NCBI GenBank assembly: GCA_024233835.1
Contig: JACKPC010000001.1
Coordinates: 1,285,442-1,349,441, forward strand
Reading direction: 5' to 3'
DNA length: 64,000 nucleotides
Source of the DNA: Leptospiraceae bacterium
Lineage (GTDB): Bacteria; Spirochaetota; Leptospiria; Leptospirales; Leptospiraceae
The position numbers were made by a program, and so were the translations under genes. Shown here piece by piece: positions 39,569-49,375 of the stretch (the stretch's first letter is position 1; every line of letters starts with the position of its first letter). The notes below the pieces were generated by a model that was given only the letters and a program-made list of their open reading frames with translations, was not told the origin of the DNA and did not search any database.

Positions 39569-39879
39569 TGAAATTATATTTAATATTTATTGTTTTTTTT
39601 ATTCTAAGTTCCTGTGTCTCTGTACCGCCCGGAACCGGTGGAACTTACTTTTATAATGATTTCTCTTCTACTCATATATTATTTAATATCCCGCAGGGAG
39701 AGGAAGTTGGTTCTACTGAAGGTGCCTGTTATTTGAGCCTTGTTTGTATCGGGGATACGAGGGTGTCTACAGCCGCCAAGAATTCAGGTATAAAAACCGT
39801 ATCCGCTGTAGAGTATCGTTTTCAAAGTATCTTATTTTTCTACTCCAAAACCACTCTCATTGTCTATGGAAGTAAATAA
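39565..39879 (+). CDS. Small TRL-like lipoprotein
   Basis: Lipobox ILSSC. PPGTGGTYFYNDFSS core. Overlaps nnrS by 4 nt (ATGA). Confidence 0.4.
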   Translation: MMKLYLIFIVFFILSSCVSVPPGTGGTYFYNDFSSTHILFNIPQGEEVGSTEGACYLSLVCIGDTRVSTAAKNSGIKTVSAVEYRFQSILFFYSKTTLIVYGSK

Positions 39880-40346
39880 TGTTTGATCCCATATTTTTCT
39901 TATATGGTCTTTTTATTTCTTCCTATATCCCTTCTTTTACTGATAACTACATGCCACCACCGGCAGATGAACGATTGGGTTATTATTACTATGACAATAC
40001 CTCTCTTTTCCGATACAAGAAAAATACAAACCTCTTTGATGCGAGTCAGAAGAAACGTAACCGCTTTCCGATTTTCTTAGGGAATTTAAAAATGACTCTA
40101 TATTCGACACCGCTGCAAAGTTACACAAAATTATATGAATACAAAATTATTTGTCTATCTGTTTATCTCTGTATGGATAGAGATAAACAGTTTTATCATA
40201 AAAAAGGAGCAGTCACTGCGGTGGAACTCGAACACTTTAGCCTTGTATCTTCTGTGAATATAATAAAATACATATATTATGGAATTCCAATAAACTCTAC
40301 CGAAAATCGAACAGAAATCCCGCTTTCAGAACTGCTTCAAAAATAA
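39879..40346 (+). CDS. TRL-like paralog (tandem duplicate of the preceding gene), translationally coupled through TAATG
   Basis: Shares PPPADERLGYYYYDNTS and AVTAVELEHFSLVSS with PPGTGGTYFYNDFSS and KTVSAVEYRFQSILF of the upstream ORF. Confidence 0.3.
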   Translation: MFDPIFFLYGLFISSYIPSFTDNYMPPPADERLGYYYYDNTSLFRYKKNTNLFDASQKKRNRFPIFLGNLKMTLYSTPLQSYTKLYEYKIICLSVYLCMDRDKQFYHKKGAVTAVELEHFSLVSSVNIIKYIYYGIPINSTENRTEIPLSELLQK

Positions 40347-40430
40347 AAAATCAAATTTTTGTAAAAGAAAAAAATCTTGCTTTTTATGAAAATTTTGTAA
40401 TTCTTGTAACTATTCGGTAATATTCCTGAT

Positions 40431-41309
40431 ATGGAACTAGAGTATCATAAACACGCATTTGAACTTGCAGGCCTAAAGCCTGAATGGAACGAAGAGAACC
40501 TCAAAATTTTGGATGAAAAAGAGTCACTTTTCGATATACAATTTCCACAGGCTCTTCGGGAGTGGTATGCTCTCGAAAACCGTGAAGATTTACTCCTGTC
40601 TCACTCTTTGATAGATTATTCCGAGAGTTTACAGGAATTTGGCAATCATTCCAGCTGGGATGAACTACCCGACCCGGAAGATGTTCCGGAGGCTGTGTAT
40701 AACCGCCTTTTACGTTATAACGAACTGTTTGCGAAAAGGAAGGTTTTGAGTATTTTCAGTGAACAGCAGGGCATGATAGGCTGGTTTTTGAAGCTAAACC
40801 ATAAAGAAGACCCGGAAGTTCTCGTACAGCTCGAGGACAATCGACATGAACTCTATTCCTACAAGAATACTTTTTCAGAGTTGATTTATACTTCTGTCTG
40901 GGATGGAATCATTGTTTACGGGCTGGGTAATTTCAGTGGTTATTATGTAGAAGCTGTAGGAAAGAAACTTTCCAGAAAAGCTTTGAAATATATAGAAGAT
41001 AAACTCGGTTTACTTCCTTCTTCTCAGAATCCAGGTACAAAGCGTATGATACTCAGGGCCGGGCAAATCGGCGAAGGTCTTACTTCCTGGCAGGATAGGG
41101 ACTCTGCAAGGTACTTTTTTCATGCTTCGGAACTAAAGCCTTTGCAGAGATTAATGAATCATTTTTTTCGACTTAATTTGCTTACAGGGGATTTTACATG
41201 TAATTATGTAGCCTTTGAAGGGGAAGAAGACTACAAAAGAAAAGAAGAAGAAATGCAGGATTTTCTTAAGAAGAGTTTTTCTCTTTTACAAAAAGAATCT
41301 GTCTATTAA
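40431..41309 (+). CDS. Hypothetical cytoplasmic protein, no recognisable domain
   Basis: Long ORF with normal codon usage. No motif recognised. Confidence 0.35.
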   Translation: MELEYHKHAFELAGLKPEWNEENLKILDEKESLFDIQFPQALREWYALENREDLLLSHSLIDYSESLQEFGNHSSWDELPDPEDVPEAVYNRLLRYNELFAKRKVLSIFSEQQGMIGWFLKLNHKEDPEVLVQLEDNRHELYSYKNTFSELIYTSVWDGIIVYGLGNFSGYYVEAVGKKLSRKALKYIEDKLGLLPSSQNPGTKRMILRAGQIGEGLTSWQDRDSARYFFHASELKPLQRLMNHFFRLNLLTGDFTCNYVAFEGEEDYKRKEEEMQDFLKKSFSLLQKESVY

Positions 41310-41362
41310 CTTTTTACTACTTTTTGTTTGTCTTTTACTTATTTATTTTTTAGGCTTGTTGT

Positions 41363-42559
41363 ATGAAGTCATACAATAATATGCCAAATCATAATCATTC
41401 TCAAAAGCTTTCTCGAAAAGCCTTCATAGAAACAGTAGTTAAGACAGGTCTTGTCTTTTCAGCATCCGACTTTCTACTCTCCTGTTCTTCTCCCGGAAGT
41501 TATAGACGGATAGAAAAAGAGAACTCAGAGACTGATATCTTTTCTTTCCTTCGCTCCGGTATCTATGCTCCGAATCCTCATAACACCCAGGCCTGGAAGT
41601 TTCGACTTATAGGAGAGGATACATTGGAGCTCTTTATTGATGAAAAGAGACTCCTGCCCGAAACGGACCCTCCTGCACGTCAAATTCATATCGGAGCCGG
41701 TTGTTTTATCGAGCAATTTTGTCTGGCGGCCGAAAAAAAATCTTACAAAGTTAAACTGGATTATTTTCCTACGGGCGAATACGGGATAAAAGATTGTGGA
41801 AAAAAACCGGTGGCAATTCTGAAATTATTAAAATCCGAAATCGATTTCAAAGAGGATAGACTTTTTCAGGCGATTGCTGAAAGAACTACAAATCGCTCTG
41901 TTTACTCAGGTAATTTTACTGAGAGCGACTTCCTGAGTTTGAAGCAGGTCATGGGTTCTACGTATTCAGAGCTCAGGCCGATATTGGATGAGTCGAAAAA
42001 AGAAGTTCTAAAACGCATCCTGTATTCTGCCTTTGAAATAGAAATGATAAGTGCGGAAAAAAGTGAAGAAAGTCGTATCTGGTTTCGATATGGAGACGAG
42101 GAAATTTTTTCTAAAAAAGATGGCATTTCCTTAAGAGGTAGTGGTATTAGCGGCTTAAAATTATTTTTTGCCGAGACATTTTTTTTCAAACCCGGAAAAG
42201 AAAGCTGGTACAGCAAGAGTAATATCGAGGCCGGTTTATCTGCATTTAAAACCCAGTTAGAAAGTAGTCCTGCTTTTATTTACTTAAAGACAAAAAATAA
42301 TCAGATGCTGGACTGGGTTCTTTCCGGAAGGGATTATGCACGTTTGAACCTCGCCACGTATGCAATGGGTTTTGCCATGAGTCCTATGAGTCAAATACTA
42401 CAGGAATACCGGGAAATGGAAAAGCTTTTTTCTGAGTTTAATACCCTTATGGAGGTGAAAGAAAAAGAAAAGATCCAGATGATAGTGAGAGTAGGAAAAA
42501 GTGATTATAGATTCTATTCACCCAGAAGAAACCTGAATGAGTTTTTGTTGGATACTTGA
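41363..42559 (+). CDS. Exported (Tat-like signal plus lipobox) nitroreductase-fold family protein
   Basis: N-terminus SRKAFIETVVKTGLVFSASDFLLSC (RK Tat-like motif plus lipobox). APNPHNTQAWKF resembles the FMN-binding nitroreductase motif. The size suggests a tandem nitroreductase-like fold (Acg-like). Confidence 0.4.
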   Translation: MKSYNNMPNHNHSQKLSRKAFIETVVKTGLVFSASDFLLSCSSPGSYRRIEKENSETDIFSFLRSGIYAPNPHNTQAWKFRLIGEDTLELFIDEKRLLPETDPPARQIHIGAGCFIEQFCLAAEKKSYKVKLDYFPTGEYGIKDCGKKPVAILKLLKSEIDFKEDRLFQAIAERTTNRSVYSGNFTESDFLSLKQVMGSTYSELRPILDESKKEVLKRILYSAFEIEMISAEKSEESRIWFRYGDEEIFSKKDGISLRGSGISGLKLFFAETFFFKPGKESWYSKSNIEAGLSAFKTQLESSPAFIYLKTKNNQMLDWVLSGRDYARLNLATYAMGFAMSPMSQILQEYREMEKLFSEFNTLMEVKEKEKIQMIVRVGKSDYRFYSPRRNLNEFLLDT

Positions 42560-42571
42560 AAAAGGCTTATT

Positions 42572-42594
42572 CAAGAGGGCCGAAAACCCTCTTG
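42572..42594. terminator. Bidirectional hairpin terminator (8-bp perfect stem) between convergent genes
   Basis: CAAGAGGG-ccgaaaa-CCCTCTTG. Confidence 0.5.
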
Positions 42595-42605
42595 AAATAT
42601 TTAAT

Positions 42606-43391
42606 TTAGTCTATTTCTTTGCCTTCATCTACATTGCTTTCTTTTCCTTCGGAGTCGGACTCGGAACCGCCACCACCGGATTCTGTATCGATAATTTTAA
42701 ATGTGACTCTTCTTTGCAGGGCGCTTCTATCATCTACATCGGGAATTAGTTCATCACTGGCTACTCCAACTGTAACCATTCTATCGGATGAGAATCCTGC
42801 ATCTACCAGAGCTTTCATTACAGCTTCTGCTCTTTTTTTAGAGTAATAAATATTTCCTTTTTTTGAACCTTCAGCATCTTTGGGTCCGGAAGCATCGGTA
42901 TGACCTTTTAATTGCAGCTTATATTTTTTAGGTAATTTACTTAAAGCAAGGTTAATTTCATCTTTATGTTCTTTTACCCAGCGGTTTAAAAGGGCTTTAC
43001 TGGGAAGGCTTACCATTTTATATCCAAAACCTTTTACTACCTCACCATCCGGATATCTCAGTTTTTCAAGCTTGGTATTTACTCTTTCAAGAACTTCTTT
43101 ACTGATATTGCCGGGAATGACATCGGTCAGGTCGGTGCCTTCTTTGGTAGAACCGTCTTCTTTTGTACCCTCAGTACCTTCTTTAGTATCTGTTTTATCA
43201 GTAGCTTCGTTAGTTCTTTCTTTAACCTCATTACCATCTTTGGAATCTTCGGTTTTACCTTCTGTACCTGTATTTTCTTTATTATCAATTTCACCGGGTT
43301 TGTCTGCTTTTTTGGTTGAGGATTTACAAAAGCCCAGAGAAATAGTAATAAAGATTATTAAGATTATACTAAGATATTTTTTTTGTTTCAT
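42606..43391 (-). CDS. OmpA-family lipoprotein with a T/E/G/K/D-rich low-complexity linker (Loa22-like architecture)
   Basis: Lipobox SLGFCKSS. The C-terminal OmpA_C-like region is LKGHTDASGPKDAEGSKKGNIYYSKKRAEAVMKALVDAGF...RRVTFKI. Confidence 0.8.
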   Translation of the reverse strand: MKQKKYLSIILIIFITISLGFCKSSTKKADKPGEIDNKENTGTEGKTEDSKDGNEVKERTNEATDKTDTKEGTEGTKEDGSTKEGTDLTDVIPGNISKEVLERVNTKLEKLRYPDGEVVKGFGYKMVSLPSKALLNRWVKEHKDEINLALSKLPKKYKLQLKGHTDASGPKDAEGSKKGNIYYSKKRAEAVMKALVDAGFSSDRMVTVGVASDELIPDVDDRSALQRRVTFKIIDTESGGGGSESDSEGKESNVDEGKEID

Positions 43392-43597
43392 AATGTTCGT
43401 CCTTAATACTGTGTGTATTCGACAATACCCATTTTGAGGAATAAAAGAAAAATATAAAAATTTTTCTTATCCTGAAAAAATGTGAAATTATCCTCATATT
43501 TTCAGGTATGGCATAAAAAATAAGCCGGGTACCTGTCTTATCAAATGTAAAGAAATACGGTAAACCTTTCAAGATTTTATTTTTTTTAATAGAAAAT

Positions 43598-44530
43598 ATG
43601 ATTCTAAAAACTATAGTTAACGAAGAATTTGCAGGAATGCGCCTGGATCGCTTCCTTTCCGCTTATACGGGGGATGATATTTCCCGAACCAGTATTCAGA
43701 AATGGATTAAATCCGGGAATATTTTCCAGATACCGGCGAAGAAGGCTGTAAAAGCCAGTTATATCGTCAATTCGGGGGATGAGTTTGAAATCCATATTCC
43801 CAGGAAAAAAGAAATCGGCTTAAATCCGGTAGAAATGCAAATCCCGATTGTCCGGGAATGGGAAGATTTTTTGGTTATCAATAAACCGGCAGGTCTGGCG
43901 TCTCACGGGGGCCCTGGTGATTCAGAACCGAGCCTTGTGAATGGGCTTCTCTTTTTATTTAAAAATCTCTCTTCTGTGGGAGGAGAGGATAGGCCGGGCA
44001 TTGTCCACCGTCTCGACAAACCAACTTCAGGGCTTATGATTGTAGCAAAAAATGATAGGGCTCATATTGCCCTTTCCCGTATGTTTCAGGAAAAAACGGT
44101 TTATAAACGATATTACGCCTGGCTTATACAGGCACCGAGAGAATCCGGTGGAAGAGTAGAATCTCCTATAGGTCGTCATCCGCTTGAACGCTTAAAAATG
44201 TGCATTCGAAAAGATGGTCGAAAAGCTATTACGAATTATAAGATCTTAAAAACAGTTTCATCCCGGAAAGGAAGAAATTACAGCCTTGCCGAGGCTGAGA
44301 TTGAGACCGGTAGAACCCATCAAATACGGGTTCATTTTCAGAGTTTGGGTTGTCCGGTGGTGGGTGATAGGTTATACTCCCGTTCGGGAGATGAATTTAA
44401 GAAATACGGACTTTTACTTTTTGCTCAAAAACTCAGATTTCAACATCCCTTTACGGGAGAAGAAATCGAAATTGAGCTTCCTTTTCCTTCTAATTTTATA
44501 GAGTTTGAAAAAGATTCAGAGTTGAGGTAA
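43598..44530 (+). CDS. rluD: RluA-family 23S rRNA pseudouridine synthase (RluD/RluC-type with S4 domain)
   Basis: S4-like N-terminus (RLDRFLS...). Catalytic motif HRLDKPTSGLMIVAKN. Confidence 0.8.
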   Translation: MILKTIVNEEFAGMRLDRFLSAYTGDDISRTSIQKWIKSGNIFQIPAKKAVKASYIVNSGDEFEIHIPRKKEIGLNPVEMQIPIVREWEDFLVINKPAGLASHGGPGDSEPSLVNGLLFLFKNLSSVGGEDRPGIVHRLDKPTSGLMIVAKNDRAHIALSRMFQEKTVYKRYYAWLIQAPRESGGRVESPIGRHPLERLKMCIRKDGRKAITNYKILKTVSSRKGRNYSLAEAEIETGRTHQIRVHFQSLGCPVVGDRLYSRSGDEFKKYGLLLFAQKLRFQHPFTGEEIEIELPFPSNFIEFEKDSELR

Positions 44531-44531
44531 T

Positions 44532-44828
44532 ATGTTAGCTACTATTCCGCAGGATATAAAATACGATTCAGAGAAGTTATATATCACCTGGAAAGATGGT
44601 TTTCGTTCCGAATATTCACTTTTGGAACTACGAAAAAATTGTCCCTGTGCAAGTTGTCGGGGAGGACATGGTGGAGAAATTGGCTCTGCTACAGGGCATA
44701 TAGAATCTATTTCCCTGATTGCTTATAGAAAAGTAGGGCGCTATGCACTAAATTTCACCTGGTCTGATAACCATGATTCAGGGATATACACTTATGATCA
44801 TTTAAGAGAGATTTCAACTATAAGTTAG
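44532..44828 (+). CDS. DUF971-domain protein
   Basis: WKDGFRSEYSLLELRKNCPCASC...GIYTYDHL. The start is 2 nt after the rluD stop. Confidence 0.6.
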   Translation: MLATIPQDIKYDSEKLYITWKDGFRSEYSLLELRKNCPCASCRGGHGGEIGSATGHIESISLIAYRKVGRYALNFTWSDNHDSGIYTYDHLREISTIS

Positions 44829-44923
44829 ATCTTTTAATAAGAGAGTATAAAATGGCTTATAAACCGTAGAAGTGGTGTATCTAAAAGCTTTAGCTCAAGG
44901 TTTATGTGGACATCGTGTTAAAC

Positions 44924-46801
44924 CTAAAACTTTCGACTCTTCTTATAGATTTCTTCAAATTGTTTTACCAGTTCCGGATGTTCTTTAGATAGGTTATTTT
45001 CTTCTTTTGGATCTTTTTCTATATCGAAGAGTTTTACCTGGTTTTGTGTGAACTTTTTAATGTATTTCCATTTTCCCATACGAATTCCAAATTCTCTCCG
45101 GATCATATAGGAAATCATAGTTTCGAAAGACTTGGCACTGTCTCCCCAAATAGGCACTCCTTCAAATTGAGGAGCCAGGGAAATCCCGGAAATTTGGAAA
45201 AGAGTAGGCATAAGATCCACAAGACCTGCAATTCTCTTGCTTCCTTTGTAGACCATATATTTGGTTCTGGACATATTTTTTCCAATATAAAAGAATAGGG
45301 GAACTCGAACCTGAGATTCATAAACCGAAGTTTGGTGATAAAAAGAACCGGGATGTTCTTCAAATGCCTCTCCGTGATCCGCTGTTATGGCTACAACCAG
45401 ATCATCCATCAGCTTGTGTTCTTTGAAAGAATCAAAGAGTTCTCGAACGGCATCGTCTACTCTGTAGATGGCATTGTCATAGGCATTGACCATGGGCTTC
45501 CAGGGCGGTGCTGCCCGGTACCGGGGCAGGGGTTGGAAAACTTCATATTTTTTCGGAACCTCATAGCTATAATGAGCCGAGTGTAAATGAACAATCAAGA
45601 AAAATGGCCTGGGTAGATCCATTAACCATTTCTTAACTTCCTGTACATTAAAGCCATCATCAACACCATAGTTATAGGTAGCTTCTTTGTTATGCCCCCA
45701 GATATAATGTTTCTCTGAAACTTTACCTGCGTGAAAAACTCGTTTTACACTTTTCTCCTGGAACAAACGAATGATAGAAGCCCAGTGCAGGTCCATAGAA
45801 CTCGAAACTGCAACGGTATAGCCTGCATTCTCAACCTGCTTAAAGATTCCCCAGTTATAATTTGTTTTATCCATTCTCGGATATTTACTCAGGATAAGAG
45901 AAGGAAATGATTTGGCAGTGGCATTTGCCTGGGCATAACAATAATCTACTTTTATAAAGTCATTGGACATGGATTTTATAAAGGGAGTTGTGTTTCGATG
46001 ATAACCGTAATCCGGGAGGTGATCGGCACGTATCGAGTCCATAAGAATCAATACTATATTTGGCTTTGGACCTGGGAAGCTTGTTTTATCAATAAAAACT
46101 TCCGGACGAACATCCGTACTCCCGCTTTCACTTGCATCCAGTTTTAAATGTCCGAGTCCCGCAACATAAATATGGGATGCGATTGTCCCGGAAGTCTTCA
46201 TTTCTTTTGCTATAGTAGGATTGGCAAGACTTTTGTTATAGAAAAAAATACTTATACATATAAAAAGAAAGAAGAAAGCCAGGCCAAGTTGATGAAAGAT
46301 AAAATTTCTTTTCTCTTGGAAATCTTTAGTGAATTTTTTAGATAAGTAAACATAAAGTGCAAAAACTGAAAACCAGGTGAGGTTACTTAAAACTACTTGG
46401 ATAATAAGACCTCTCTGCGCTTCTCCTATTCCTGTTTTAATCATATGACTTACTTCTCCACGGCTTTGTAAAAAAAGTTCCAGTCCTTCTTTACTAATAT
46501 ATACGCCATACTGAAAAAAATGAAAAAACTCACTCGTCGATATAATTGTATGTAAGAGAAGAAGCAAAAATGAAAAAATGATAAGGTAGCGTGAAGAAAA
46601 AAATACCAGAAAAAAAGCAAATAGTAATAGGTAATAGGCTATACTTAAACTTACCGGGAAATACAGGGATGGTAAACTTACCTTATGAAAAGATAGTAAT
46701 TCTATCCATTGCCAGTATTCATAGGATAAGGCCAGAAATAGTAAAATAAGAATCAATAATATATAGGTAATATTTAGCTTTTTCATGTATGCTCCATACA
46801 C
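44924..46801 (-). CDS. Membrane-anchored sulfatase / LTA-synthase family (alkaline-phosphatase superfamily) protein
   Basis: 5 N-terminal TM helices. The periplasmic domain has ILMDSIRADHL and ITADHGEAF. Confidence 0.7.
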   Translation of the reverse strand: MYGAYMKKLNITYILLILILLFLALSYEYWQWIELLSFHKVSLPSLYFPVSLSIAYYLLLFAFFLVFFSSRYLIIFSFLLLLLHTIISTSEFFHFFQYGVYISKEGLELFLQSRGEVSHMIKTGIGEAQRGLIIQVVLSNLTWFSVFALYVYLSKKFTKDFQEKRNFIFHQLGLAFFFLFICISIFFYNKSLANPTIAKEMKTSGTIASHIYVAGLGHLKLDASESGSTDVRPEVFIDKTSFPGPKPNIVLILMDSIRADHLPDYGYHRNTTPFIKSMSNDFIKVDYCYAQANATAKSFPSLILSKYPRMDKTNYNWGIFKQVENAGYTVAVSSSMDLHWASIIRLFQEKSVKRVFHAGKVSEKHYIWGHNKEATYNYGVDDGFNVQEVKKWLMDLPRPFFLIVHLHSAHYSYEVPKKYEVFQPLPRYRAAPPWKPMVNAYDNAIYRVDDAVRELFDSFKEHKLMDDLVVAITADHGEAFEEHPGSFYHQTSVYESQVRVPLFFYIGKNMSRTKYMVYKGSKRIAGLVDLMPTLFQISGISLAPQFEGVPIWGDSAKSFETMISYMIRREFGIRMGKWKYIKKFTQNQVKLFDIEKDPKEENNLSKEHPELVKQFEEIYKKSRKF

Positions 46802-47679
46802 TAAGAATGAAATGAAAGAAAGTCTATAATGATAACTATATTGATTGCAAAAAGATGTACAATACTATAGAAAAAGAATTTTTTTGCCAGCGCTTTGGTT
46901 TGTTTTTTATATAAATCAATCGACATATACAACATGTATAAGGATAGTACGATAGAAAAACCTAAATACAAGAAGCCCACTCGATTAGTTGTAAAATAAA
47001 AACCGATACAACAGGCAATATATAAGAGGGTGTATTTTAAAATTTCACGGGTGGTGATGGCAACTCCCTTAATAACGGGCATCATAGGGAAGTTAGCTGC
47101 ATCGTAATCTTCTTTTAGAAAAATTGCAAGGGCCCAGAAATGAGGAGGAGTCCAAAAGAAAATGATAAGAAAAAGTATCCAGCCGGGAAGGGGGAGGCTA
47201 TTTGTGCTGGCAGCATAACCAATAAGAGGACCCACGCAACCGGCAATGCCTCCGATAACAATATTCTGATCCGTTCTGGGTTTTAGCAAAATAGTATATA
47301 TGAAAATGTAAAACAACATCGATACAAAAGCGCAAATAGCAGTTAAGAGGTTTACATAATAATATAAAAGAAAAAAAGAAGATACAATAAACAAGAAGGC
47401 AACTATAGCAATTGTAGTCGGACGTATATCACCGCTCGGAAGTGGCCGGTTTTTTGTTCTCTCCATTTTTGCATCCAGATCTTTCTCTATATACTGATTC
47501 AACATAAAAGATGCAGAGGACATTAAAAAAGTTCCAAAAAGAACAATGGAAATAAAACCGGCACCGGGTCGTGTATTGGAACCAAGATAAATACCGGGTA
47601 AAACGGTAATCAGGACGAGAGAAGACACTCTCGGTTTTAGAAGTTTATTCCAGATAGAGATATAACGTAACATAATCAA
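46801..47679 (-). CDS. ctaB: Protohaem IX farnesyltransferase (haem O synthase)
   Basis: UbiA-family motifs NQYIEKDLDAKMERTKNRPLPSG and FFWTPPHFWAL. Confidence 0.85.
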   Translation of the reverse strand: MIMLRYISIWNKLLKPRVSSLVLITVLPGIYLGSNTRPGAGFISIVLFGTFLMSSASFMLNQYIEKDLDAKMERTKNRPLPSGDIRPTTIAIVAFLFIVSSFFLLYYYVNLLTAICAFVSMLFYIFIYTILLKPRTDQNIVIGGIAGCVGPLIGYAASTNSLPLPGWILFLIIFFWTPPHFWALAIFLKEDYDAANFPMMPVIKGVAITTREILKYTLLYIACCIGFYFTTNRVGFLYLGFSIVLSLYMLYMSIDLYKKQTKALAKKFFFYSIVHLFAINIVIIIDFLSFHS

Positions 47680-48602
47680 GATTGCTGCTCCTTTAAATTG
47701 TGATAGAGAGCTATATATACCATAATAAATAGTAGAACACCAAGCCCGGAATGAAGAGCTGTAAGGAGGATGGGTAGGCGTAATATTACATTTAAAATCC
47801 CTAATATAACCTGTAGAACAACTATCAGAACTGCAAAATTGAGATACTTTAGGCTCTGATTAGAAAAGGAGGTTTTGTTTTTCTTCGCAAATGCAAAAAG
47901 AAGGAAAATTAAAAGAAGAATAAAATATGCCATGAGCCTGTGTTGTACATGAAAACCTACCGGTCCCGCAAAGCTGGGAAACCAGAGTCCATTGTTACAG
48001 GTTGGCCATTCGTAACAAACAAGTCCCGCATAATTAGAGCTTACTCTTCCTCCCATAAAAAGTTGGAGATACACGCTAAAAACAGTAAGGAGAAGACCTG
48101 AGTTAAAAGGAAGGAAAAGACGATTTTTATTGGGACCTTTTATTCCCTCAACTTCATCCTTCGCTTTTAAAGAAAGATTCACAAGGAAGAAAAAAAATAA
48201 AACTGCGTTTAATAGATGTAGATTGACTGTAGTTGGATCCAGCAGCCTGGTAACCGTCAAGGCACCTAAGATGATTTGGGAGATAAGAGCCAAAAAGGAA
48301 AGTCCTGCCATAATCCCAAATTTATTTCTAAGTATTTTATGTGAAAAAATGAAAAAAAGAATATAGGCGAAAAGTAAGGAAATGATCCCCGAATAGAACC
48401 TGTGACCGACTTCCATATAGGCTGTGAGTTTAGGGGGAGGAACTACTTTTCCATAACACAAAGGCCAATCCGGACAGCCAAGCCCGGAATCAGTTGCCCT
48501 TACCAGCGGGCCAAAAAGAATATTTAAGAAAATAAGAATAGATAAGAGGAAAGTGATTCTGTAGATTTTTTTAGCCTGAGCCGGAAAAGAATGTTCTGCC
48601 AT
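47676..48602 (-). CDS. ctaA: Haem A synthase (COX15/CtaA)
   Basis: GCPDWPLC motif, paired His-containing TM helices. It overlaps ctaB by 4 nt. Confidence 0.8.
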   Translation of the reverse strand: MAEHSFPAQAKKIYRITFLLSILIFLNILFGPLVRATDSGLGCPDWPLCYGKVVPPPKLTAYMEVGHRFYSGIISLLFAYILFFIFSHKILRNKFGIMAGLSFLALISQIILGALTVTRLLDPTTVNLHLLNAVLFFFFLVNLSLKAKDEVEGIKGPNKNRLFLPFNSGLLLTVFSVYLQLFMGGRVSSNYAGLVCYEWPTCNNGLWFPSFAGPVGFHVQHRLMAYFILLLIFLLFAFAKKNKTSFSNQSLKYLNFAVLIVVLQVILGILNVILRLPILLTALHSGLGVLLFIMVYIALYHNLKEQQS

Positions 48603-48777
48603 GGTTTTATCTTCTCTTTTAAATTAGGTTTATTTGACAGATTTTTTTAGATAGTTTTTGTGTATAGTAAAAGGAATGAAAGAACAAAAAAAATACCAGG
48701 CTCCTGAAACAAGAAAGCCGCTTCATCCTGAATAGGAAGAAACGGCAATGAAAAATCTGAGTATAAACCAAGAAAAA

Positions 48778-49197
48778 TTAGCTGGCGGATTCTTCTTTTT
48801 TTGTAGTGGCTTTTTTAATACTTTCAGAAACTTCCTGAATTTTTTCTTTCACTGCTTCTATTTTACCTTCTGGCATTTTTGTTTTGATTTCTTCTGTGAT
48901 TTTATTGAAGTTTTCTACGATTTTGGCTCTGGTTTCTTCATAGTTTTTGCCGGCAACACTTGTAAAGTCTTTAATGTCAGCAATGATTTTATCCAGTGTA
49001 TCTCTTAATTTAACAGCATTTTCAGAACTATCCTGCTCACCTTTAGCTTTCATATCACCATAGATTTTCTCTAATTCAGCTTTGGCGTTTAAAAGGCCAT
49101 CTTTTCCTGATTGAAAGATACCGATTCCTGCATTTAGTAAGTCCATAATTTGCTTTTCCATTTTGATTACCTCTAATTTTATTGAGCTTACGACCAC
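48778..49197 (-). CDS. Small helical, phasin-like hypothetical protein. The start is probably the internal Met MEKQIMDLL.
   Basis: Amphipathic K/E-rich helices with no TM segment. Confidence 0.3.
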   Translation of the reverse strand: MVVSSIKLEVIKMEKQIMDLLNAGIGIFQSGKDGLLNAKAELEKIYGDMKAKGEQDSSENAVKLRDTLDKIIADIKDFTSVAGKNYEETRAKIVENFNKITEEIKTKMPEGKIEAVKEKIQEVSESIKKATTKKEESAS

Positions 49198-49375
49198 TCT
49201 TTTTCAAGGCTCTCCTTTGTCAATTACAATATGGTTGTAAACCTCTCCTAAGAAGCCGCTCCTGAAGCCCTCAAGCACATCTCTTCAATTTTAAGGATAT
49301 GTTACAAGCAGGAATTTACGAAATTTCTGGTTTTTTTCCATTGATCCAGGCGGTTTTTAAAAATACAGGTGAATT

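Noticed and set aside
49225-49250. Near-palindrome TTGTCAATTACAA upstream of suhB
   Set aside because: It is imperfect (one extra base breaks the symmetry) and isolated. Evidence is insufficient to call it an operator.
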